Of a DNA stretch of 64,000 nucleotides, positions 28,790 to 41,359 are shown in pieces. Source of the DNA: Octopus vulgaris (lineage: Eukaryota); contig OX597831.1 in NCBI GenBank assembly GCA_951406725.2, positions 17,360,001-17,424,000 on the forward strand, in the 5' to 3' direction. The position numbers were made by a program, and so were the translations under genes. A model generated the notes under the pieces. It searched no databases and was not told the DNA's origin. It saw nothing but the letters and a program-made list of their open reading frames with translations. Position 1 is the first letter of the stretch; each line of letters opens with the position of its first letter.

Positions 28790-29235
28790 CTGGATTCTAT
28801 CTGATCCAAAGCTCCTTTGCCCTGCCTCAAGCTTTTTCCAAAGAGCACCGGAGAACAATGCGCTACCAGCTGCCTGTGCAGCAAATTATTTCACATCTCT
28901 ATCATCCACTCTACCACTATTTTTTTAACCGTTGTACGCTATGAATATTTCTTTTCCTGTTCAGTGCATTCCCTGTATACTTTACCTGTGACCATGATAT
29001 CTCGGCAAATTTGATAACTCAGAAAATATAGCGATCATTTCATCGAAATCGAAATGATGTGGCATCTCAAGATGGTTACAATACAAGTGATTGTCGAAGC
29101 ACTTGGACTGATCAAAACTCGAATTGGAAATCCTTTCAGAAGGGTCCCTGGCTTACCATTCTTGCAGGGAGGGCAAAAGATTATCCCAACATGCACGTAT
29201 ATTACACATATTGAAAAGAGACTTGTCGCTGTCAT
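28790..29235. mobile_element. Adjacent CR1-like (minus) and Dong-like (plus) LINE 3' fragments
   Basis: Plus-strand EIEMMWHLKMVTIQVIVEALGLIK (RLE C-terminus). The minus strand carries a degenerate CR1-type terminal motif. Confidence 0.45.
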
Positions 29236-29759
29236 GTTTCTTTCCTGTTGCCCCTATATTTGTTTACGTTTCTATTATTGAAGTTTCTCCTTTTTCTGTC
29301 TGTCTTGCCCTTTTTATCTATGATATAACTCTGTAAATGAAAATGATTTAATTGCCTACTAACGTATACAGTACGTTTCTCTGACCTAGGTGACGAGAAG
29401 ACACACGGCGAAAAGTAGAAACAGAAATTGGAAGAAGTTGGTAATGAAAATGATACTACTACTACTACAACAACAACAACAACAACTAGTACTACTAATA
29501 CTACTAATACTGCTACTACTACCACTACTACTACTACTACATCTACTACTACTGAGGACAACGGGTTCAATCTCTATTAGGCATTAAATATACAAAAGAA
29601 ACAATACCAATTGAAAAAAGATCATCTAATAGAATGAAATGGTAAAGAATATACGGTGTACGTGTGTCTCTGTGTCTGCGATTGCACTGGAGGGGATTTA
29701 CCACGAAATGAACACAAGTTGGACATTAACATATCATTTAATGACACATATTTTAGAAA

Positions 29760-29954
29760 AGAATCTCAATAAAGGCGTTTATTTTGATCTTTATACATTC
29801 TAAACTGCTGACATGCAGAAACAATATTTCAGCTTCAGGAAAACAGTAATAAATATCCGGAGCGCGACATATGTTGCATTATATTTAATATGAAAACAAC
29901 AGACATGATGACAGCGTTATCAAAAATAACCGGTGGTGAAGAGACAGAATAACA
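29760..29954 (+). promoter_or_regulatory. Gene A proximal promoter/5' UTR
   Basis: Alignable with the region upstream of gene B (attctaaa..ctgac.tgca.a.acaatatttca; taaatat.cggag; aaccggtggtgaa). Confidence 0.55.
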
Positions 29955-29991
29955 ATGGAAATTTCTGCGTTTATGTTTGTTCTCTTAATTG
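29955..29991 (+). CDS. Gene A exon 1 (signal peptide MEISAFMFVLLI)
   Basis: ATG...ATT G|gtaagt, phase 1. 31/37 nt identical to gene B exon 1. Confidence 0.85.
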
Positions 29992-30139
29992 GTAAGTATC
30001 ACAGTTATTCCCTTAAATGTTGGTATGAAAATATAATTAAATATAGCTCAGTGTTCCACTCAGATGAAATACAAGTCTAGACACATGTCTATTATCCTCT
30101 TATCAATTAACCAATAATTCAAGATATATATATATATGC

Positions 30140-30190
<51 letters not shown>

Positions 30191-30216
30191 TACATATATA
30201 TATTTTTATAAATATC

Positions 30217-30263
<47 letters not shown>

Positions 30264-32126
30264 TACATATATATATTTTTATAAATATATACTTGCATGC
30301 ATCGATACATATATATATATCTATATTTAAAAATGTATATATATAGATATATATCTATATCTCTCTCTATATATAATTGTCTATGTATATATCTATCAAT
30401 CTAAATGCATACAAATATTTATATGTGTATGTGTGAATGTGAGTGAGGTGTGTACGTCTGTATGTATATGTAGGTGCATGCAAGTATATGAGTGTATGTA
30501 TGCATGTATGATTTGTGACTTCGATGTAAGCAACATATTGGTGACTCACACAATTCCAATCACAACCTGCACTCACCGCGCAATGTCATTTCAGCGTCTT
30601 TCTCCGGAGTAAAAAATAATATCTTCCTGCGACTCCTGAAATTTTGCTTTGGAAATTGGATATTACATACAGTGGGAAGTATTGGAGAAGAACAATAGCT
30701 ACTAGCAACATAAAATCAGTGTCTCCTCTAAAAGATTCTGTCATTTTGAAACAAGAATTTTGGAAATGACACTATACATATTTAGGGCAAACGATGTTTG
30801 TGCATTTATATAAGGTCGAATCGTAGGGCGTCAACTGTAGGCGTGTGTTATTGCATCGATGAAACTTGCTAAAGGGCTTCGGCTGTAAGAAAAGCCGCGG
30901 TGGCCACTGCATGTATAGGTAGCGAATAGCGGGATCGCTTATAAATACATAGGTGTAAATGTCTCAGCAGCTTGTGATGTAGTCAACACCGAGTCATTTT
31001 TCTTCCCAGGTACATCCAGAGGAAATTATGAGATGAAGTTGTTATCCTTGTCTGGTGAACTGTTTCGTAAATATTTGCATAGTCTTCAAATATGTAGCTA
31101 TTTCCATAGTCTCCAAATGCATTCTCTGTATCTCGCTTTCTTTCTCTCTTTCGTTGTGAATGCTTGGTAGGCAGGTGTTTGTAAATCTGTAGGAATAATT
31201 TTATGAGTATAGGGAATTGATGGATTAAGCAGGAGCAGCCGAGGGAGGAGAGAATGGAGAGGAAGATGAAGAAGAAGTAGAAGAAAGTGGATGAGAGAAA
31301 AAGGCGACAAGAAGAACAACATGAAGAACAAGAAAAAGGAAGAAAAAGAATAAAAAGAAGTATGATAAAGAGAAGAAGATGAAAAGATGAAGGCGAGTAG
31401 GAAAAGGGGAATAACGGATAAAGAAAAGAAAAAAAAGCGAGTGGTGTGAAGTAATTTTTCTTTGAATTTTCATTAAAGGTCACAAGATCTAAATGTGACC
31501 TGATGTTGTCATGGCAATAGAGATTGGAATTGTTTTAAATTCTTGTATTAGTTTTATCTCTGTTGGAAGAATTGAGGAGCGGATTATATTTTCGGATAAA
31601 ATATTCTTCTTTACTACGTGCTAATTATAGTTTCCTTTGTCCCCGATTTATAGAGGCTGAATTTGGCTTGATAATGGAGCAAAGATCGATGCGCCCGCTT
31701 ACGCCTATTAACCTTAATCTCGTATTTTAATTTGGGGTCTATATGCCGTAATCCACTGGCGCAAAACGTTTTCATTTCGACCGATATAGTGTTTTCGTCA
31801 TTATGAGCAAGTTAATATATATATTAGGTTTTCAGAAGCACATGGATAGTTGAAGCACCGAGTCAGTCCGGTATTATCCGCACAGCTCGAATGAAGGTGA
31901 AAAAATTCAAAATAAGCAACAGGATATCAAGTAGTAATGCAGTACGGCCGTTTCAAGTGGCTCCATTTAATGTGTCCAGCTTGTTAAAAAATTCAACATT
32001 TTGTGTAACTCAAGATAGCAATGCATTTAAATTGATGCAATTATTACATTGTTCAATTACATGGAGTTGCTTGAAACGGTCGTACTGCTATACTACATGA
32101 TTTCCTGTTACTTATTTTAATATATG

Positions 32127-32175
<49 letters not shown>

Positions 32176-32333
32176 TCATACATATACATATACACGCACA
32201 CACACAAACGCACAAATGTTTATATAATGTTAGATTGAACAGAATGCCTGAAACCGATTCAATTCAAGTCGCTAATTTACAATAAAGATCTACGTAACTG
32301 TAACGATTGAAAAAGGTATTTTTCAAATCCTAG

Positions 32334-32433
32334 CTGTATCAGCATACGACGTGAAACTAAATTGTGAAAAATTAGCAAAAAGTGGTTGTCCCAAGACTTA
32401 TCTAGCTCATATGCATTCGGACCCGGACTGCCG
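32334..32433 (+). CDS. Gene A exon 2 (100 nt, AVSAYDVKLNCEKLAKSGCPKTYLAHMHSDPDCR)
   Basis: tttcaaatcctag|CT...CG|gtaggt, phase 1-2. Completes the signal peptide (VSA). Same length and Cys pattern as gene D exon 2. Confidence 0.88.
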
Positions 32434-33299
32434 GTAGGTATGAAATTTATGAATTCTTGGATTAATATACTAAATTAAATGCTTTAAATATAAGATTGTT
32501 ACCAGCAATGTTACTGCTGCGTCACCGTCTTTATTGAAATTGCATTCAGTTGTAATTTGAGATTCGACATGGAACCAAAATATATGTGCATAGATACAGT
32601 TATGGAGAAAATTGGAGAACGGAAATAAAATTGAAAGACATTTGCATTTGTACATAATTTCTTCGAATTTCTGGGAATTTTCACGTAAATTATTGCAGCC
32701 GTGTTCGTTGTTTACTATAAATTTTGTAGTAATTAATTAATAAATAATTTATAATAGAAAGATGTGTATTTATAATAGAAAGATGTGTATTTGAAAAATA
32801 CAACGTGTACGCAATTATAGAACCTGCGGTGTAAATTTCAAAATGTAGTGACTCGCCACAATCTGAATGTTGTATACTTTGTTGGGAGAACAGGGTAGAC
32901 CAGTGAAGTGAGAATACTGGAAGGCCAGCGTAACGATGATAAAAGAATCAGGGGACGAGTGGTCACATTGAAAATAAAGGGCTTGCACATTCTTCTATCA
33001 CTAGAGAAATTAAGAGATCCCTGCGTTGTTTCAAGAATACTCAATGAAGAAACAAACTCGTTAGAGAAACGTCGGAGATCACGGAAAATACGGGTTTGGT
33101 AAGTCCGTGTGATCCTGAGGCTGTCATTAAGAGATTGTTGCAGTGATTATGGAATGAATGTGTTCATGTTTGAAGTGTATGCGGTTTTCTGACGATATCG
33201 ATTCTTTCAAATGATGTAAGGTTTTCCTTAATCATGTGTAGGAGTCTCTTGGAACGGACCTAATGAATTGACACTTGTACATCGTCGTTACTCATTTAT

Positions 33300-34860
33300 A
33301 TTTTATTCACCTATCTTAGAAATAGCCATTCGGATATACAATAGGAATTACCTTTATGCAAAGTGTATATATGAACTACCAAGAGCAGATGCCTTTACTC
33401 AGCTGGGAGCGAGTAATATTTACGACCAAAAGCCTTACCATACATCTCCACACACAACCCTCTCAACGAGGAAGCCTTCGACACCATCCTCCAAAACATA
33501 CCCCTGCTAAAAAAAGACCACAGAATGAACACAATCCTCCTAACACACATGACTATAAAAAAAGCAAGAGAGCCTAAATCTATGAAAAGCCTCCTAACAC
33601 AAGCCCGAATACGCTCCTCAAACAGGACCCGACAGTAAAAAAATATGGAAGACCCAATTGCATGATATGCGATTATCTAATTGAGGGATCAGAGTTCTCC
33701 TTCAAACAGGGACAACGGTTTACAGTGACAATCAACTTCACATGTGCTTCGGAGAACCTGATATTCACACTAACCTGCTCTAGGTGTCAAGAGCAATACT
33801 GAGGCCAAACAAAAAATAGTTTGCGTAAAAGAATGGCACTGCACAGATCCCAGATAAAAATTCCCCAAAAGAGAAAAATGGCATTCAGCCAACACATAGA
33901 TATTTGCGCCAACAACAAAACTCCAAGCTTCAGGATTTCCCCCTCTACTAATTCAGGGACGATTCAAACTCGAGCCAACGAATAAGTAAAGAAACTCTCT
34001 TTATTACAAAATACAGGCCCCTTCTGAACGGGTCTACGACAAACGATACACCCACCTCGGCTTTAAAATAACACAAATACACATGCAAAAATTACATTCT
34101 TAAGAATCCACTACAAATCAGCCCCAATCACAGCTATAACCCATAACGTGCCAACTTTAAGTCATACAACACCTCACTACTTCCACTCATTCATATTCTC
34201 CCTACTCTTTCTTCTTCTTCTTCTTCTTCTTCTTCTTCTTCTTCTTCTTCTTCTTCTTCTTCTTCTTCTTTTTCTTCTTCACCATCATCGTCATCATCAT
34301 CATCGCCATCATCATCATCATCATCATCTTCATCATCATCATCATCATCATCATTATCATCATCATCATCGACGTCTTCTTCTTCTTCTTCTTCTTCTCC
34401 CCCTTCTTCTTCCTAACTTTATCACTACTGCTATTTAGTATAACACCTTGGCAAATGCTATAAACAAACCTTTCAATAGAAATACTCTCATGAACTGCTG
34501 GCCGCCACTGACCACTCAAAATACGACAATCAAGCACTCCAAGCCCCCCGTCTCCTCATCCTTCTTCTTCTTCTTCCCTACCAAGAACTCACAACGACCT
34601 CGAACCCACAAGTGTAAACAAGAGTAACAGAGAAAGGCAGGAACAAGGAAAATGACACTTATATTTGAACACTATACAAATATTCCTTTAAAAAAAAAAT
34701 TATTTTAAGTTTTCTAAATTTAATTATTTAATCGTTACAGCTGAAAAGGTCTCAAACTGACTGAAACCGGTACTGAAATGTTCATTATAAAATTATTTTA
34801 GCATTTTCTATCTTGACTTGTTTTTTCATATATATCAACTCGTATGTTCCTTTTCATCCT
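33300..34860 (+). mobile_element. Penelope-like element 3' part (GIY-YIG relic + pLTR with degenerate hammerhead)
   Basis: GRPNCMIC...FTCASENLIFTLTCSRCQEQY*GQTKNSLRKRMALHRSQI. Motif CTGAAAA-GGTC..GACT-GAAACCGGT at 34741-34771. Confidence 0.8.
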
Positions 34861-34863
34861 TAT

Positions 34864-34941
<78 letters not shown>

Positions 34942-35489
34942 AAACGACGGAGAGGTCTATTCATCACCGCTTTTGATACAATTCAGTGTCAAACAACCCA
35001 TACTCACAATAAGCGTCATCTTATTGACTGCAAAGGGAGGCAAGTTCCCTTTGCAGAGGGCATGATCGGCTCGGCAATGATTTTGTAGTTATATTAATGC
35101 TCGATAGTGTCTCTCACTGGCGCCATGAATTAAACTCAAATCGCTTTGTCAGCTTATAAGATCACCGTACATATATGGTAAAGATGCAAATTATAATTAA
35201 TAAAATTGGCAGGTTATGTATTTTTCAACGAGAAGACAAAAACATATACGGAACTAAAGCGACGGAGGAGGCTTTCAGTAGCTGCATTGCGAGATATTAG
35301 CCCTATCGAATTGACTGACAAGGGAGGCAAGTTCCCTAAGCACAAGGCATAGCCAGATCACTAATGATTTCACTCTTACATTAATGCTCGCCAGTACCTC
35401 TACCTGGCGCCTTGGGTTTAATTAACCTCAACTATTCTGCTTCGGAGACCCACGTAGATGTCATACACTGATTTTATAATTTGTGAAGG

Positions 35490-36520
35490 TGTACATTATT
35501 TATATTATTTACATTCGACGGATATTTGCCCTCATCTTGTTTGTTGTTAACAAAATGTTTCCGCTGATATACCCTCCAGCCTTCATCAGAAATTTTGAAC
35601 CTGGGGTCTCATTCCTAAAGTATTGTTGATGCTGCTATTGTTATTAATATTATTAATTATTGTTATTATAGGAATCGAACTCGAAATCTTGGGGTTTGTA
35701 GCCCGCACTCTGAACCACCACGCCATATGCCCATGGGAAGCTATGTGGTGTATTTTAAGGCTTATAAATCAAACATTATTCTCTCCATATTTAATGCCTC
35801 TTCCCATATGCTTCTCATATCTGTAGTCGGTCTGTTTAGGAGGCTGCATATGTGCTGCTTCTTTTAGTTTTCGTATTTTCCAGTAGTTTCCACTTTCTAT
35901 TATTTTAACTTCGTCCCTCATGGGGGAGGTGGTGTCCGTTTTTCCATACTTGATCAGTTATACCCGATTTATCAATATCTCCTCGTATCACAGATTTGTG
36001 ATGTTCGTCTACCCTTAATTTGAGGGGGCGGCATGTTTCGCCTTTGTATAACCTCCCACAGCTGCATGGGATGGAGTATAAACAGTTTTTGGTCATATTC
36101 TCTTCTATTGGTGGTTTTATTCGAAAGAGATATTTGCGAAGTATTACTCTTGAATACTGTCCTGATGTCATATGGGCTACATATATTTTGTATCTTTTCA
36201 GAGAGGCCTTTCACATAGGGTACATAGACTGTGGACTGTTTATAGACCACGTACTCTCTCTTCTTCATAATTGGAGTGGATAGTATACTTTTGGGGTAGT
36301 TGTTGCTTAACAGATCGTTATTGAGCTTGACCATTTCTTCGTGCTGTGTATCCCGATCGCTACTTATTTCCTTTGCACGATGTTTTAGGCACTGAGCAAT
36401 CCCTCTCTTTATACTGCATGGATGGTTGGAATTGAATTTGCGATATCGTGCAGAAAAGTTCGGCTTGTGATATAAGGATATCCTGAAACTATACTTTGTG
36501 CGTGATATTAATACGTTCAT
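35490..36520 (-). mobile_element. Penelope-like element 3' part with GIY-YIG, tRNA-like segment and hammerhead pLTR
   Basis: VPYVKGLSEKI and NCLYSIPCSCGRLYKGETCRPLKLRVDEH. A/B boxes at 35671-35732. CTGATGA...GAAAC at 35557-35589. Confidence 0.85.
35553..35592 (-). ncRNA. Minimal hammerhead-ribozyme motif (Penelope type)
   Basis: CTGATGA aggctg gagggtatat cagcg GAAAC. Related, partly mutated or truncated copies at ~39305, ~51380, ~57902 and ~59230. Confidence 0.6.
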
Positions 36521-37441
36521 TAATTAACGTATTAGACTCTTTCATAGTTCAAAATGCATGCAAAATATAGACATATATAGACACTTGTCTATATGCATCC
36601 ACGGTCTCTATAAGTTCTTTTCTTTTCTAACAACATAAGCATCTTAGATTCTAGATAGCTGTGACTCCCTATATCGTCTTTATTTATATTTTTAATTCTT
36701 ATTTCATATTTTTTTATTCTTTAATTTGTAGCCTTTACTCAATAAAATTGTAGATTTTTCACATGTATGTTCACTGGAACTTGGAATATATTAACTATTT
36801 CTAATGACAACAATATATTGTTAAATATATTTAACTATTTCTAATGACAACGAAAATAAACATTTTATCTGACAACATGTAATTAATAGATATCAGTAAA
36901 TTCCTCCTCAAGTTACCAAAGCCTCAACGCCTGGCATCTCAAATGGGAACCGACACTTACGAAGAATAATACTGTCTTCTTATCTGTTGTTTGTTTTTAT
37001 TTCCAATGTTTTCCTATTTGTTTTTCATTACTTTCGCCCTCATTCATTCTCTCACGCAGTTATCCCATTTCTTTCTTTCTTTTCTTCTTCTTCTTCTATC
37101 TCATCTTGTGATGTTTATCTTGCTTTAGATTTTGCTGTTCTCTTTAGCAAGTGAACATCCGCATCCGTAACATCGATAATCTACGATCGTTCCATAACTC
37201 CTGTCTCGGCTATGAGATTTGAGCCTTGGTAATCTGTTAGGGCACATACACAGCGGACTTAGTCATTTAGATCACCGGTGAATGAAACCGCCATATTTTG
37301 AGCATGTGTGTATATATTTATGTATAACTATATCTATCTATCTATGTATATATATCTATATATCTATATCTATATATATAAGCACACGTACATGTACTGC
37401 AACAGCCGATGAGTAATTTCCATGTTAACTTCCATTTACAG

Positions 37442-37526
37442 TGCTGCCGAAGTTTTCGACAAGTGTTATCTTCCAGATATGTTTCGCGATTGTCAAATAT
37501 TGTTTAAAAAACTTAAGAAATGTCAT
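37442..37526 (+). CDS. Gene A exon 3 (85 nt, AAEVFDKCYLPDMFRDCQILFKKLKKCH)
   Basis: ttccatttacag|T...CAT|gtaagt, phase 2-0. Gap-free match to gene D exon 3. Confidence 0.88.
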
Positions 37527-37821
37527 GTAAGTTACGTTTTATTTCGATGTTGAATGTATCCGAATTCTGTCCAAATCCAACCAAAACGTTATGGCGGAAT
37601 GTTCTCTATATTTATCAACTGAAATAAGATTTCTATGATAAGACACGTTCATACAGCTAAAGTTTTCAATTAATAATCAATTGTCGACTAAAATGTTTAT
37701 TCATCAAAATTTTATAACATTCCTTGTATGATAGAATTAAGGCCCTCATTACAACATATGTGTGCACATAACATAAATTGCTTCATATATTTTAGCATTT
37801 GAAACATTTTGAATTTTCCAG

Positions 37822-37848
37822 AAGCACCAAACATCTAACGCTGAAAAG
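37822..37848 (+). CDS. Gene A exon 4 (27 nt, KHQTSNAEK)
   Basis: ttttccag|AAG...AAG|gtaggt, phase 0-0. Same length as gene D exon 4. Confidence 0.72.
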
Positions 37849-37923
37849 GTAGGTGATGTCTTTGTAGCTAATGCTTCAGGAATATATATTTACTGCTATA
37901 GTTATGCTACCAGCAAGAATATA

Positions 37924-39190
37924 TACAGGGTGTTCTAAGTTTAATTCAACCAATTTAATTTTTAATTTGGACAGCGAAATATTCTTTTCGAATCTAGGTG
38001 CAAGGCTCGAACTTTTGGGGAAGGGGTCAGTTAATTAGATCTACCCCATTATGTAACTGGTACTTAATTTATCGATTCACCAAAGAAAATACGGCAAAGA
38101 CGACCTCGACGGAATGCCCAAGCGAAAACTTATTATATTCCCGCTACTTGCATTGCAATGCAGTGGTGAATGAAAAACAATTATGACACAACATTTAGAT
38201 ATGACTGCATCTGTCTCGAATAACGGGCTTAAGTCTATGTGAGAATGCTTCACACGCAGGACGCAGTTCTTGATACGGAAACGAAGAGAATTCTTGGTGC
38301 AGATCCGCCTTCAGAGCGTCGAGCAAAACATGAGGTTTACTAGTGAACTTCGTCTCTGAAATGGACCAAACAGAAACATATAACGGGTTGATTTCCGATC
38401 TTCATAAGGGTCATACATCCTTGGCTATGAACGTCGGAATTGTTTTTGGGAATCCAGGGTTTTGTCGGTGTGGAGAAATGGAATGGTGCCCTGTCTTGTT
38501 GGAAGGTGCACCTCAGAAGTATTCATCTGCCCATGGATGGGTTTCAGCTACTAGAGTGTAGGAAATCTGTCGTTAATTCGAACAGTCAAGAGCACAGAAA
38601 CGAGGGGCGCCATTCCACTGGTTCTCACAGCTGCTCAAAGCATAAATGTCTCTGTAGTTTGACCGCCATTTATGAGTTTAATCTTGCCAGAACTAGATAT
38701 CGTTTACGACAGTCATTCTGGTACCTTACTACCTATTCGATGTCAAATTTCTTTTCATCAGTGAAAAAGTTACGCAGCGTGCAAGATAAGACGACTTCAT
38801 TGCTATCGTATGCCCTTATATATTTTCATGAGCTATGGCAGTCGGATCATCTTCTAGGGATTGCATCTCAGCCGATCCTCAGCACTCGATATAACGATAT
38901 TCTGCTTATATTTCACTTGGCAGCCAAATGTTTGAAGGAATCATGATGATTTCGCAGTATCTTTGCTCTGGTACATTTGTTTGTCTGCGGGGTTCGCACA
39001 ATTCATATTTGACCAGGTCCAGTTTGAACCCAGGTGGAACTAGCCTCTTGAAAATTCTTTGACAAATTTTGGGAGTGTCGTTAATTTGATTTTAATCTTT
39101 ATTTGCAATCGCTGAATTACATTCGCCGACTCTTTGGAGGGTTATAATTGTATTTTTATCTCCAGCCATTATCAAGTTTGTAAATATCAG
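37924..39190 (-). mobile_element. Degraded Tc1/mariner-superfamily transposon
   Basis: TA-CAGGGTG end. Minus-strand FTDEKKFDIE motif and a MAGDKNTIITLQRVGE N-terminus. Confidence 0.6.
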
Positions 39191-39754
39191 ATCATCTATT
39201 ATACATATATATTTTAAAACAATATTCGTAAAATGAGACTTTATTACATCATTTACATTATTCACATTAGAGGGATATTTGCTCTCATCTTGTTTATTGT
39301 TAAAACAACGTTTCGGCTGATATAACCTCAAAATATACCCGCGAAAGAAGGACGATTGATAGGGAAATCTGTAATCTGGATCAATCCTAGACTTGCTTGG
39401 GCTCTAAGAAAGTAAAAACGATGTTCGTCTGCCTTTGATAGTTGCATCTTATTGCAAGTCAGCAGATATTTATACTTGATTAGTTTTTGGCTGGAAACAA
39501 TTAGCAAGGTTGAACAAAAACATTTTTAAAATACATAGATAGAATGATGTTTTTTTTCTAATTAAAAAGGTAGATATAATGAATGATAACAATAGGAGTT
39601 GTGCATGGGAAAAATAGATCGGAAAGAAAAATGCGGGTTCAGTATCGTAGTATATTCTTAAGCATTCGACCTTGATAATTACAAGATATTATTTAATCCT
39701 GGAAAATTACACCAAAAGAAGAAAGTAAACTAAAGATATTTCTGCTGTATTTAG

Positions 39755-39775
39755 ATTTGCGAAAGAAATTCCTGA
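39755..39775 (+). CDS. Gene A putative exon 5 (ICERNS*); ancestral hydrophobic tail shifted out of frame
   Basis: ctgctgtatttag|ATT, phase 0. The +1 frame reads FAKEIPEIVL*ILCVLWWVLLF, codon-alignable with the exon-5 homolog at 58003. Confidence 0.5.
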   Translation: MCERNS

Positions 39776-40470
39776 AATTGTTCTGTGAATACTATGTGTA
39801 TTGTGGTGGGTGTTACTGTTCCAGTCGTGTTCTCTATTGAGGCTCGGTCTGTCCGCAGATATGTGTATAGCCTCTGTAATCTGTCGAGGTGTCGTGTCTT
39901 TTCTGTGCGTCGAAAATACTTAAACCACATTTTCTTTCGGGTCTTCGGACAGCCGCAGCACCGTGGAGTGATTGGATGCAGATGAGGGGAATTACACAGT
40001 GCTGTTAAAATTTAGAACACGTACACAATCATACACTGACGTACACACACACACACACACACGCACACATACACACATACACACACACACACATACACAC
40101 ACACACACAAGACACAATTGCAGGTGAACATAAGGATAAACATCTTAGAAAAACAGAATAGAGTAAATGGAGGATGAAGATATACGAAAACGAAAAGTGG
40201 CCACAGATGTGTGACAAAAACCAAGAGGTCACACATGTGTGAGGAAAGAGACCAGGACAATAGAGAGGAGTTAAAATTAAAAGAATAATAACAGCAAGAA
40301 AAGAATGAAGAAACATATATATAGTGAGTGTTTTTTATTTGGGAAAAGAATATAATAGCAGAACAATAGTTTCGGCTTCGGACTGTGGGTGTGGTATGAT
40401 GTTATAACACCAGATGCAACTCTAAGTGCAGTAGGCCCTATTCAGGCTATATAACATGCGTTAAAGCAAT

Positions 40471-40554
<84 letters not shown>

Positions 40555-41359
40555 CAGTTCAGATCCATTTGTTACGGTTAGGGAGAATATAAATGAATAA
40601 ATACACAAACTATCAAGTATGAAAGGGCGTGGAGCTGTTTAAATTTGTGGACAAGAAGTATTTGATAGTTAAATAAAAAGTAAATATTTCTAAGTATATA
40701 GTGTATATGGAGGGCCATTAAATTAAAAGGCCAATCTCGTATAATCTTTTGAAATATGATTGGGGCGATCAAGGTGAACACCCTGGTTAGATTCAGATAT
40801 TCAGAATTTGTCGAGCCGTACCTTTACGCTCATGCACAGACAGACACACAAACACATTCATATGTATATGTGCACGCGAACACTTGTATACATTTACAAA
40901 CACACGTGTGTCCAGGCACTCGAACGCATAATCATGTATATTCATAATTACATACAGAAAATTCGGTCATCCTGTCAATATGCACAACTATCCTCTCATT
41001 TACGCAGACTCTCGCTCGTCCATAAACGCCGTGGAGTCACGCTGCCCATGCACACACACACACACACACACACACAAACGCGTGAGTATAAGCATACACA
41101 TAGAGACATACTCACACTTGTACATGCGCACATAAAGACATAAATATATATATATATATATACGCATATATATATATGAGGGGGGCACACAGGCAAACAT
41201 AAAATCACACGCGCTCACTTCAACACACACACATACATATAGTGCATGTGAGCCCTCACTCATATACGCTCACATATGCATATACATAAACACACTTTTA
41301 AACCTCTCTAAAAGGCAGACATATAACCTTAAAATTTCCAACATACAGTTCAACAGAAA

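Noticed and set aside
30786-30884. 99-nt ag...gt segment in gene A intron 1
   Set aside because: Stops in all frames and no convincing match to the family Cys framework.
32434-32437. Gene A ending at the TAG in CGG TAG|gtatga (46-aa peptide)
   Set aside because: Gene D has an unambiguous phase-2 donor at the same 100-nt position, and a phase-2 exon 3 exists at 37442, so CG|gtaggt is preferred.
35671-35732. tRNA gene
   Set aside because: Has A/B boxes but no 3' acceptor-stem half, and is embedded in a repeat. Treated as a tRNA-derived head.
40362-40467. Perfectly conserved ~95-bp block as a coding exon
   Set aside because: No frame with credible splice sites or family similarity. Better explained by gene conversion or 3' UTR/regulatory constraint.
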